Shown: piece after piece, positions 9,311 through 17,429 of the stretch | How positions within the stretch are numbered: the first letter of the stretch is position 1 | Layout: every line of letters begins with the position of its first letter | NCBI GenBank assembly: GCA_050945835.1 | Contig: JBMNTR010000001.1 | Location: 84,090 to 148,089 of the forward strand | Source of the DNA: Christensenellales bacterium | GTDB lineage: Bacteria; Bacillota; Clostridia; Christensenellales; JBMNTQ01 | Reading direction: 5' to 3' | DNA: 64,000 nucleotides | The notes under the pieces: model-generated | The model's input: only the letters and a program-made list of their open reading frames with translations | Databases searched by the model: none | Told to the model about the DNA's origin: nothing | Translations under genes and position numbers: made by a program

Positions 9311-10105
9311 ATGGAAAAGGGGATCTATACCTGGTTTGGCTATCTGCTCGGACTGGAAGAAAGCCTGCACATGATCAAAGAGGCGGGTTTCGATGCGATC
9401 ATGCTGTGGTGGGGGGATACGCTGGCCGATTACTACGGCACGAAGGACGAGCTCGCCCGTATGGTACGCCAAAGCGGCTTGGCTTTAGACAATATCCATG
9501 TGCCCTATGAGCATGTGAACGGCTTCTGGTCGGACGATGCGGCTGCGGTGGCCGGCTTGCTCACAGTATATAAGGGATATGTGGACGATTGTGTCCGCTA
9601 TGGGTTTCCGGCTATGGTGATGCATCCGGAGGATTACGGAAAGGCTGCGGGCGTCAACGAACGCGGATTGGATGCGTTTGCCGCACTTTGTTCCTATGCG
9701 GAAAAAAAGGGCGTATGCATCGCGCTGGAGAACACCGTGGACAACGCCTATATGAGGTCGGTGCTGGCGCATAAGGGCTGCGAAGGGTTTGCTTTCTGCC
9801 TGGACACCTCGCATGCGCATCTTTCAAAGGACCAACAGGAGTTGATGGCGCTTTACGGCGACAGGCTTGCATATCTTCATCTGTCGGACAACGATGCGTC
9901 ATATGACCAGCATCATCTGATCGGGCAGGGCACTGTCGATTGGGAGGCGTTTGCGCGCCTCTTGAAGAACAGCGGGTTTAACGGGCGGCTCTCCTTGGAA
10001 GTAGTCGCTTCGTCTGTTATAAAAAAGCAGATGGATGCAAAGACATTCTTAGACATGGCCTATGAATCGGTCTGCTGGTTGGAGGCGCTCATAGAAAACG
10101 TGTAA
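9311..10105 (+). CDS. sugar phosphate isomerase/epimerase (xylose isomerase-like TIM barrel)
   Basis: 264 aa. Pattern ...IALENT...DTSHAH...LHLSDN... is typical of the AP endonuclease 2/xylose isomerase-like TIM barrel family. It starts 12 nt after the upstream gene. Confidence 0.8.
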   Translation: MEKGIYTWFGYLLGLEESLHMIKEAGFDAIMLWWGDTLADYYGTKDELARMVRQSGLALDNIHVPYEHVNGFWSDDAAAVAGLLTVYKGYVDDCVRYGFPAMVMHPEDYGKAAGVNERGLDAFAALCSYAEKKGVCIALENTVDNAYMRSVLAHKGCEGFAFCLDTSHAHLSKDQQELMALYGDRLAYLHLSDNDASYDQHHLIGQGTVDWEAFARLLKNSGFNGRLSLEVVASSVIKKQMDAKTFLDMAYESVCWLEALIENV

Positions 10106-10132
10106 TCCGCTCAAAAGAGCATCACACGCGCA

Positions 10133-10173
10133 CCCTTGCGCTGCGTTTGCAGCGCAAGGGTCGTTTATTTTTT
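10133..10173. terminator. terminator hairpin between convergent genes
   Basis: 12 bp stem CCCTTGCGCTGC/GCAGCGCAAGGG with a 4 nt loop (10133-10160), followed by TCGTTTATTTTTT. Confidence 0.8.
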
Positions 10174-11271
10174 ATTGAACATCTGCATGAGCTGCAGCAT
10201 ATTGCCCATACCGCCGCTGCTGCTCGGCATACCGCCCTTCGCGCCGCCCTGCAGCATGCCCATCATGTTCATGAGTTGTGCAGGGTCCATACCGCCGCCG
10301 CTGCTCGGCATACCGCCCTTCGCGCCGCCCTGCAGCATGCCCATCATGTTCATGAGCTGTGCGGGGTCCATACCGCCGCCGCGGCCTTGCGCGCCATCCT
10401 TCGCGCCGCCCTGCAGCATGCCCATCATGTTCATGAGCTGTGCGGGGTCCATACCGCCGCCGCTGCCCGGCATGCCGCCCTTCGCGCCGCCCTGCAGCAT
10501 GCCCATCATATTCATGAGCTGTGCGGGATCCATACCGCCGCCACCACCCTGTGCGCCGCCTTGCATCATATTCAGCATGTTCATCATGGACAGCATGCTG
10601 TTCATATCCATACCGCCATCTGCGGATGAACCGGCGGCGGACGGCGGGGCTTCATACGAAAAGGCTTCAGAAGGCTCCTGCGCCTGAGCGGAATAAGGCG
10701 TGTGTGCAGCATCTTTGTACTGTTCGGTGTAAGGCGTGTGTGCAGAATCCTCGTACTGTTCGGTGTAAGGCGTGTGCGCTACGTCTTCGCAGTGCGCATC
10801 GTCCGCCCAGACATAAGCTTCCTCAGGCGGCTCATATTCCGGTGCGGGGCTGCCATAGGCGGCTGTGTCATATTGTGTGGAATAGTATCGCAGGAGTATG
10901 TCGATGATCCTCTGAAGCTCGTCGCGCGAGGAAGCGTCGCAATAATTTTTAAGCACCTTCAGCAGACCGATTTGGCGCTCCTCATCGCTCAGACCACAGC
11001 CCTGATGTGCGAACTCCATCTGTTTATAGGGAATGCGCTCGCGCAGCCGGTGGAGCTCGATCACCACATAAGCGTCTGTCTGCTGCGGGCCGCTCAGATA
11101 AGGAAACAACGATTCAAACAGCTCGATGGTCTCCACCGAGTCATAAAGCCCAGCGCAGAGAAGCGTGAGCATAAGGCCGGAGGTGGGGCGGTAAGCATCT
11201 GCCCTCGGCGCGGATGGATCGGCTGTCCCTGAGAAGGTTTGACGGGGCAGTCGGTGATAGGCAGGCTTCAC
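10165..11271 (-). CDS. hypothetical protein with a Met/Gly-rich 27-aa tandem repeat C-terminus
   Basis: GTG start 8 nt after AGGAGG. Helical N-terminal domain of about 135 aa, then AHTPYTEQY(E/K)D repeats and 4-5 copies of GGGMDPAQLMNMMGMLQGGAKGGMPSS. Confidence 0.6.
   Translation of the reverse strand: MKPAYHRLPRQTFSGTADPSAPRADAYRPTSGLMLTLLCAGLYDSVETIELFESLFPYLSGPQQTDAYVVIELHRLRERIPYKQMEFAHQGCGLSDEERQIGLLKVLKNYCDASSRDELQRIIDILLRYYSTQYDTAAYGSPAPEYEPPEEAYVWADDAHCEDVAHTPYTEQYEDSAHTPYTEQYKDAAHTPYSAQAQEPSEAFSYEAPPSAAGSSADGGMDMNSMLSMMNMLNMMQGGAQGGGGGMDPAQLMNMMGMLQGGAKGGMPGSGGGMDPAQLMNMMGMLQGGAKDGAQGRGGGMDPAQLMNMMGMLQGGAKGGMPSSGGGMDPAQLMNMMGMLQGGAKGGMPSSSGGMGNMLQLMQMFNKK
10181..10560. repeat. 81-bp tandem repeat, about 4.5 copies, in-frame within the CDS
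   Basis: Units start at 10261, 10342, 10423 and 10504 (CATCATGTTCATGAGCTGTGCGGGGTCCATACCGCCGCC...). Central units are near-identical at the DNA level and the flanking units are degenerate. Confidence 0.9.
10695..10780. repeat. 36-bp tandem repeat, about 2.4 copies, in-frame within the CDS
   Basis: AAGGCGTGTGTGCAG...GTACTGTTCGGTGT units start at 10695, 10731 and 10767. Confidence 0.85.
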
Positions 11272-11516
11272 ACTTTTAACCTCCTAACGTTGGATTCAGT
11301 ATGTCCACATGAAACGAAGATCCATCAAAAGGGCGTGTGTTTGCCCGGGGTGTGCGGATATTCGCAGTCTTTTCAGGCGTTCGCAGCGGCCATGCCGAAA
11401 GAACAGATCCACGAAGCCTTCACAATAGTCTATGCCATAATTTGAAATAGTGAACCGATTCGCAAAACAATGAATATATTGTAGGAAACAGTTTGTTTAA
11501 TAAGGGAGGTATATAT

Positions 11517-12050
11517 GTGAGAAACCTTAGAAACCCGCACAGCCGCCCGCCGGCTAAGCCTATGAATACCAGCAACCGCCCCCCGGCGCCGCAGACCGCT
11601 GCCCCGCAGCAAAGGCCTGCCTCCCAACGCCCGCCGGCCGCAAAAGGCGAACAACATACCGCTGCCGCCCGTCCGCAGGGACAGCGCGTACAGCCCGCGC
11701 AGAACAAGCAGCAGCACCCATACCCGCAGCAGCCCGTGCAGAACAAGCAACAGCACCCATACCCGCAGCAGCCCACGCAGAACAGGCAGGGCGCCGAGCC
11801 GGATTACAGCTGTCTGAACCAGTCGCAGAAGCAGCAATATGACACAATGCAGGAGCAAATGCGGCGTTATGAGGGTAAAAGCGAAGCGGAACTGTTGAAC
11901 GAGATCAAGCGCATGAGCAAAGCAGGGCGGGAGAACGGCACGTTTGATGAAAAAAAGCTCAACCATTTTGCGAACACCATCTCCCCCATGCTCAACGAGG
12001 AGCAGAAACGCCGGCTGCAGCATATCATGCAGCAGATCAACCCGGTCTAA
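11517..12050 (+). CDS. hypothetical Pro/Gln-rich protein with a small helical C-terminal domain
   Basis: GTG at 11517 lies 7 nt after AAGGGAGG; the tracked ORF starts at TTG 11493. PQ-rich N-terminal half with VQNKQQHPYPQQP repeats. C-terminus reads GKSEAELLNEIKRMSKAGRENGTFDEKKLNHFANTISPMLNEEQKRRLQHIM. Confidence 0.5.
   Translation: MRNLRNPHSRPPAKPMNTSNRPPAPQTAAPQQRPASQRPPAAKGEQHTAAARPQGQRVQPAQNKQQHPYPQQPVQNKQQHPYPQQPTQNRQGAEPDYSCLNQSQKQQYDTMQEQMRRYEGKSEAELLNEIKRMSKAGRENGTFDEKKLNHFANTISPMLNEEQKRRLQHIMQQINPV
11700..11789. repeat. 39-bp tandem repeat, about 2.3 copies, in-frame
   Basis: CAGAACAAGCA(G/A)CAGCACCCATACCCGCAGCAGCCC units start at 11700 and 11739, with a partial third unit. Confidence 0.85.
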
Positions 12051-12238
12051 GCTGCGCCCTGAGCATCCTCCGGCACCGAGGCGGCTGCAGACATCAGCAC
12101 ACATTTTGATGCGGCAGGACACGCAAAAACAGAGCAGCCGCCTGGCTTTATTGAAAGCGCGCGCACAAGCCCCGCAGGTGCATGAGGAGGAAGTGATCGA
12201 GTATACGTTTTTGGCAATATCCGTCACCAGGGACATGC

Positions 12239-12267
12239 TTGCGCCCGCAGGCGGATGCTATTATAAT
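12239..12267 (+). promoter_or_regulatory. sigma-A-type promoter for nth
   Basis: TTGCGC, 17 nt spacer, TATAAT. Confidence 0.55.
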
Positions 12268-12317
12268 GGCATTAAGAGTATGAGTGCCGGTATGTCCGGC
12301 GTAAAGGGGGTTTATAC

Positions 12318-12962
12318 ATGACACAGCGTGAGCGGATGGATGAGATCATCAGGCGGCTGGGCATAATCTATCATGATGTGGCGTGCGGCCTTGCGTTTGA
12401 AACGCCTTTTCAGCTGCTCGTCGCCACCATGCTGTCCGCGCAGACGACGGATGTGCAGGTCAATAAGGTGACCAGCGAATTGTTTTTGCTCTATCGCACG
12501 CCGCTTGATTTCGCCGGGCTTGCGCAACAAACATTAGAGCCGCTCATCAAAAGCTGCGGGTACTACCATACGAAAGCAAAACACATCATTGCCGCCAGCC
12601 GTATGATATTGCAAGAGTATGGAGGAGAGGTGCCGGATACGATAAAGGAGCTTATGAAGCTGCCCGGCGTGGGCCGAAAGACTGCGAATGTGGTGTATGC
12701 CAATGCGTTCGGCGGTGACGCGATCGCTGTGGATACCCATGTGTTTCGCGTGGCGAACCGGCTGGGATTGGCGAAGGCTAAGAATGTCGAAAAAACTGAG
12801 ATGCAGCTGATGCAAAACATCCCCAAAGAGCAATGGTCGAAAGCGCACCACTGGATCATTTGGCATGGCCGCAGGATTTGCTCCGCGCGCAAGCCCAAGT
12901 GTGAAACATGCCCGTTGGCCGATGTGTGCAGCTTCTATATGGCACAGGTGCAGGCTTCTTAG
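12318..12962 (+). CDS. nth: endonuclease III (DNA-(apurinic/apyrimidinic site) lyase)
   Basis: HhH-GPD motif LPGVGRKTANVV. C-terminal 4Fe-4S cluster loop CSARKPKCETCPLADVC. Confidence 0.95.
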   Translation: MTQRERMDEIIRRLGIIYHDVACGLAFETPFQLLVATMLSAQTTDVQVNKVTSELFLLYRTPLDFAGLAQQTLEPLIKSCGYYHTKAKHIIAASRMILQEYGGEVPDTIKELMKLPGVGRKTANVVYANAFGGDAIAVDTHVFRVANRLGLAKAKNVEKTEMQLMQNIPKEQWSKAHHWIIWHGRRICSARKPKCETCPLADVCSFYMAQVQAS

Positions 12963-12983
12963 AAATATGCTGCATATAAAAGC

Positions 12984-13010
12984 AAAGCCCCGAAACTTCG
13001 GGGCTTTTTT
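12984..13010. terminator. bidirectional rho-independent terminator
   Basis: AAAGCCCCG-AAACTT-CGGGGCTTTTTT. Confidence 0.8.
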
Positions 13011-13034
13011 GTGCTATAAAAAATTCTGATCGCC

Positions 13035-13655
13035 TTATCTGATGAAATTGGTGCGCGTAATGGGGCCGATCACAGGCGGCTTGATGCCGGCCTTTTTGCC
13101 TGCTGCGATGCATTCGAGCAGCCACGCCATGTTCTGACCGATGGTATACATGATCTGCATGCCCTCGATGTCCTGGCGCACCTGCTCCGGATTGTGGCCG
13201 TGCACCATATTCCAATAGAAGGAAGAGACGATGGGCATATTGGAGATGGAAAAATATTTATTCAACATATCCATGGTCGCCGTCGTGCCCGCTCTGCGCG
13301 CCACGGCGATGGAAGCGCCCAGCTTGCCTGCATAGTCTCCGTCTGCGTAGAACACCCTGTCTAACAACGCCACCAGCGCACCGTTTGCGGAAGCGTAGTA
13401 CACAGGCGAGCCGATGACCAGCCCGTCGCATGCGCTGATCTTGTCCGATAGCGCGCAGGCCGCGTCGTCTGTAAACACGCAGCGCTTTGTCTGTTTGCAT
13501 TTCTTGCAGGCGATACAGCCGCGCACGGGCTTGGTGCCGATGTGGAAAAACTCTGTTGCGATGCCGTTGTCTGCCAGCCCCCTTTGCACTTCTGCCAGCG
13601 CGGTGCAGGTACTGCCTGATGCGTGCGGGCTGCCGTTTAATAAGAGCACTTTCAT
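13035..13655 (-). CDS. flavodoxin-fold NADPH-dependent FMN reductase / iron-sulfur flavoprotein family
   Basis: MKVLLLNGSPHASGST start motif and CIACKKCKQTKRC cysteine cluster. ATG at 13655 after GGAGG; the tracked ORF extends to 13739. Confidence 0.8.
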   Translation of the reverse strand: MKVLLLNGSPHASGSTCTALAEVQRGLADNGIATEFFHIGTKPVRGCIACKKCKQTKRCVFTDDAACALSDKISACDGLVIGSPVYYASANGALVALLDRVFYADGDYAGKLGASIAVARRAGTTATMDMLNKYFSISNMPIVSSFYWNMVHGHNPEQVRQDIEGMQIMYTIGQNMAWLLECIAAGKKAGIKPPVIGPITRTNFIR

Positions 13656-13829
13656 GAATTCATTTCCTCCACTGCATTGATATCCTCTATTATAGCATAG
13701 CGGCAAAACCGCCGGCATATGAATTGTGCAATCGCGCATACCGCAGCAAGATCGTACGCGTACAAGGAGATGAGGGCCTCGAAAAAGGATTCTCCCGCGT
13801 GCTGCGGATCACAAGAAAGGCGTGCGTCA

Positions 13830-14846
13830 TCAGTCGATGCGCGCATAAACGTCCAGCGCGTCCTCGATGTTGTGCGGCTCTGTCTGATGATCGCCGCCTG
13901 CGCCCACGGTTACGAGTATATACTCCTCTTCGTCCTTTTCGGCCAGCGAAGCCAGACACAACCCCGCTTCGGCGGTATAGCCTGTCTTGCCCCCTAAAAC
14001 CCGCCCGCCTGCGAATGCCGGATCCTGCATCTTGAGGATCATGGTGCTATACAGCGTGACGCCCTCGGGATGGACATTGGTGCTGCCTACTGTGTGCCGC
14101 ATGGTGGTGAATAGGGTGCGAAAGGTTTCATTTTGCAATGCGTGATGCAGCAATACGGCCATATCGGAAACTGTGGTGAAATGATCGCGGTCGTGCAGGC
14201 CGGTGATGTTGGCAAAGTGTGTGTCTGCCAAGCCCAAGGATTCCGCCTTGCGGTTCATCAGGCCCACGAACGCGCTTTGCGAGCCTGCCGTTTCGATGGC
14301 CAGCACAGCGGAGCATTCCCCGCCGCTGGACAGCACGACGCCGTAAAGCAGATCGATCGCCTTGACCTCTTCGCCCGCTATGAACCCCGCCATGGAGGCG
14401 TTGGCTTCATAGAGCGGGTTGAGTATTTCGTTGGTGACGGTAAACGCTTCGTTTAAGTCTGCTAAATGCTCGATGGCGACGAGCGCCGTCATGATCTTGG
14501 TCAAAGAGGCGGGATAGACTTTTTCCTGCGCGCCCTTTTCCATGAGGGTGATGCCGTCCTCAACACGCATCAATATGGCGTTGCTGCTGTGCAGCCCATC
14601 GGAAGAAACAGGTGTAAACGGACGCGGTGTGGGTGTGGGCTCGGGTGTAGGAGAAGGCGTGGGCGTAGGCTGCACAGCGGCCTGCGCGGAGGATGAGGGT
14701 GCGACTGAGTGCTGCGCTTGCGAATCCGGCGCCGATGCCGTGGGCGAGAACAGCTTCACAGCAGCAAAAACCAGCACTGCCACCAGCAACAGCAGCAGTA
14801 TAAACCGAAGCGTTGCTCTTTTTCTTCTTCTGCGATGACGAACCAT
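13830..14846 (-). CDS. D-alanyl-D-alanine carboxypeptidase (peptidase S11, low-MW PBP)
   Basis: Signal anchor RFILLLLLVAVLVF and PT-rich linker. SxxK motif PASLTKIMT. ATG at 14846 lies 8 nt after AAGGAG. Confidence 0.85.
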   Translation of the reverse strand: MVRHRRRRKRATLRFILLLLLVAVLVFAAVKLFSPTASAPDSQAQHSVAPSSSAQAAVQPTPTPSPTPEPTPTPRPFTPVSSDGLHSSNAILMRVEDGITLMEKGAQEKVYPASLTKIMTALVAIEHLADLNEAFTVTNEILNPLYEANASMAGFIAGEEVKAIDLLYGVVLSSGGECSAVLAIETAGSQSAFVGLMNRKAESLGLADTHFANITGLHDRDHFTTVSDMAVLLHHALQNETFRTLFTTMRHTVGSTNVHPEGVTLYSTMILKMQDPAFAGGRVLGGKTGYTAEAGLCLASLAEKDEEEYILVTVGAGGDHQTEPHNIEDALDVYARID

Positions 14847-15201
14847 ATTGGATTCTCCTTTAGCCTCAGTTGGCAGAATCATACACGGCCTGCGGCGGAT
14901 GATTCTATATTATTCAAGCATAAAAACGCGCGGTTGTCCATATGAAGGGCCAATTATAGCTGAAGAATTCAGCCGCGCATGAATTTTTTCGCAGCACTCA
15001 GCACTCGAAATGCCGCATAAAAGTCATGTACAAAAGGCTTAAAAAGAATTGGTGAAATATGTGATGGTTGTGTATAATAAAATTATTAAAAAGGAAGCGG
15101 CCAATGAACGACACACGCAAGGGCGGGCCGTCTTTACGCGCTATGCTGCACCATGGGAAATATCATGGCTGCCGGCATACTGCCGGAAAGGAAAGATAAA
15201 G

Positions 15202-16317
15202 ATGAATCAGACCATTCGACGCGTAAGCATGCTGTGTCTTTGCATTGTGCTGCTGTTCGTGCTGTTGGCAAGCGGCTGTTCGGTGGAAAGACAGGCGCAG
15301 CCGTCTGTGTCGCCGCAGCCGTCGGTTCAGGCGACGAATATGCCAACGCCCGCTCCCACGCCAACCCCCACCCCTACGCCTGAACCCACGCCCGCGCCTG
15401 TGCCCTATATCGAAATACAGTACGACCATTTTTTGCTCTCCAAGCGGTATCGTGAGCTGTTAAGTGATGATCTGTATGACTTGTACTGTGTATTGGTGCA
15501 GAGCGTGCTGGACTACGAGAACGAGGTCGAGATCCCCGAGCACCTGCGAAACGACCCCAACCTGCGGTTTGTCACCAACATATTCCAGCGTCAGAATCCG
15601 CTGGAGTTTTTGTCGGGCACGCCCTTTTACAGCGTGGACGGTTCTCGGTTCGAGATGGAGTTTCGCTTGCCTAAAGAAGAGCATGATGAGAAATTGAAGC
15701 AGATCGGGCAGCGTATTGAAGAGATCATACACACCAACATCCAGGAAAACTATAACGCGCTGGACGCTTCCATCGCGTTTTACCGCTATTTGTCCATGAA
15801 CACGCTGTATACCATGGAAACGGAAAGCACGGAAGCATACGGTATACTCATGAACCAAGAAGGCGTATGCACAGGCTTTGCGCACGCCATGCAGATACTG
15901 CTCACCCAATCGGGCTATGATGACGGCTATGCCGCCGAGAGCACGCCGGATGACCCGGAAATAGAAGGGCATGCGTGGAATGTTTTGCAGTTTGGCTCTG
16001 AATGGTATCATGTGGACGCGACATGGGAAAACACCGCCTACGCCGGATGGACGCTCAACTATTTCGGCATGACGGATGAGGAGCGCAGCGAAGGGCTGGT
16101 GGGGCGTATAGGCATTGAATTGCGTGAAGAGGAGCCGATGCGGATGGAATGTACGGATGAAGCGTTCGTTATGCTGCATGACACCATCGATTACCGGCCG
16201 GATCTTGAAAACCACCGGGTGATCTTTCAGGTATGGGACGGGGGCTGGTATGTACTGGATACGCAGACGCTGAATATCACGCCCGCAGACGTGCAGGGGC
16301 CGCTCAACGCGCAATAA
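15202..16317 (+). CDS. lipoprotein with transglutaminase-like cysteine protease core
   Basis: Lipobox LLASGCS after the ATG at 15202. PT-rich linker. Cys-His-Asp triad context: EGVCTGFAHA, GHAWNVL, YHVDATW. Confidence 0.75.
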   Translation: MNQTIRRVSMLCLCIVLLFVLLASGCSVERQAQPSVSPQPSVQATNMPTPAPTPTPTPTPEPTPAPVPYIEIQYDHFLLSKRYRELLSDDLYDLYCVLVQSVLDYENEVEIPEHLRNDPNLRFVTNIFQRQNPLEFLSGTPFYSVDGSRFEMEFRLPKEEHDEKLKQIGQRIEEIIHTNIQENYNALDASIAFYRYLSMNTLYTMETESTEAYGILMNQEGVCTGFAHAMQILLTQSGYDDGYAAESTPDDPEIEGHAWNVLQFGSEWYHVDATWENTAYAGWTLNYFGMTDEERSEGLVGRIGIELREEEPMRMECTDEAFVMLHDTIDYRPDLENHRVIFQVWDGGWYVLDTQTLNITPADVQGPLNAQ

Positions 16318-16373
16318 AGGCGATGACTTATAAGAAAAAAAGGCTTGTGGATCAAGCCCTTTCACACACAGGG

Positions 16374-16412
16374 AAACGGCGGCTTTGATTTTCTCAAAGC
16401 CGCCGTTTAGCC
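16374..16412. terminator. bidirectional terminator hairpin
   Basis: 13 bp stem AAACGGCGGCTTT/AAAGCCGCCGTTT with a 9 nt loop. Confidence 0.8.
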
Positions 16413-16491
16413 TTTTAGGATATGAGGTATCATCTGACAATTTTTTATATGCCGTCCAGCGATGAACAAACTGAATACGAAAAATGTATAC

Positions 16492-17019
16492 TTATTGTGA
16501 GATTTTCTTCCTCATGGGGAAAAAACTAAACGCCGTTAAGCCTATCCCCAATATAATGACAGTAAAGGTTATCGTAAAAATGGTGGGCATGGGCTCAATC
16601 TGCGCATACTGCATCGGATCTGAAAAAAATCCAGTCCCGGCGGCATACTGCAAATCAAGCCTCATTGCGTTCAACTGAATCATCCTTAATGAGAAATATT
16701 CCATTATCAACAAAACAAGGCCAACGACGACTGTGATCCAGCCAAAAGTGAATTGCCTTTTCTTCATATTTCTTGCTACAACCTCATATAATTGCGGTGT
16801 TGAAATTCCAACACGGTTCACAACATCCTTTCCAAGCAGCTCATCCGTTGAAATGGAAAATACTTTGCTGAGGGCAAGGACTTTTTCGAGTTCGGGTGAT
16901 GATTGGTCCGTTTCCCACTTCGATATCGCCTGGCGTGATACGCCTATCATTTCGGCAAGCTGCTCTTGCGACAGGCCACTCGCTTTGCGCAGCTGCTGAA
17001 TTCTTTCTCCAATATTCAT
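16492..17019 (-). CDS. XRE-family HTH transcriptional regulator with C-terminal transmembrane segments
   Basis: MNIGERIQQLRKASGLSQEQLAEMIGVSRQAISKWETDQSSP is a Cro/C1 HTH. Three hydrophobic helices follow downstream. Confidence 0.85.
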   Translation of the reverse strand: MNIGERIQQLRKASGLSQEQLAEMIGVSRQAISKWETDQSSPELEKVLALSKVFSISTDELLGKDVVNRVGISTPQLYEVVARNMKKRQFTFGWITVVVGLVLLIMEYFSLRMIQLNAMRLDLQYAAGTGFFSDPMQYAQIEPMPTIFTITFTVIILGIGLTAFSFFPMRKKISQ

Positions 17020-17429
17020 ATTTACACTCCTTTCAAGAAACATTTTACCCGTTCAAGCAGATGCAAGCTACCAGTATAACCTTGAACATGCGCAACCCAT
17101 GGTTGCAACCGATCAAAAAACGATCGTCTGCATCATGATAGAGCATCGCTTCGCGCATCACAAAGCTGTCCACGCATTCCTTACGTCACTTCGGGCTAGG
17201 CTCAAGCTGAGGCTTTACCTGTGTATTGATCCTTGATTTTCCTGCAAAGCAAAAGGAGGCACCGCCCACTTTGAACGATACCTTCTTGATTTCACTTGAA
17301 AGACGCCCTGCTGACAGCTTAAGTTTTCATACCATACTTATGCGTGGACTGCGTTCAGCCGCTTTTTTCTTGTGGCACGCAAAAGCGCCGTGAAGCTTTT
17401 TCCATATGCGCACCCATCAGCGGGCCCTT

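Noticed and set aside
10181-10560. Tandem 81-bp repeats considered as a possible CRISPR array or minisatellite.
   Set aside because: The units are contiguous with no unique spacers. The period is a multiple of 3 and in frame within a CDS that has a good RBS. This is a coding repeat, not a CRISPR array.
15103-15198. A 31-codon basic/His-rich sORF (MNDTRKGGPSLRAMLHHGKYHGCRHTAGKER) in the leader of the transglutaminase-like lipoprotein gene.
   Set aside because: It has only a moderate RBS and no downstream terminator or alternative-structure logic. It overlaps the 5' extension of the tracked ORF in another frame, and it cannot be supported without conservation data.
17044-17429. A ~390-bp gap upstream of the XRE gene with small inverted repeats (GCAACC-CAT-GGTTGC at 17092-17106; GTTCAAG...CTTGAAC at 17051-17087), considered as a possible pseudogene or mobile-element remnant.
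   Set aside because: I could read no transposase or integrase fragments, terminal inverted repeats or direct repeats. The short inverted repeats are plausible autoregulatory operators, but they are too short to call with confidence.
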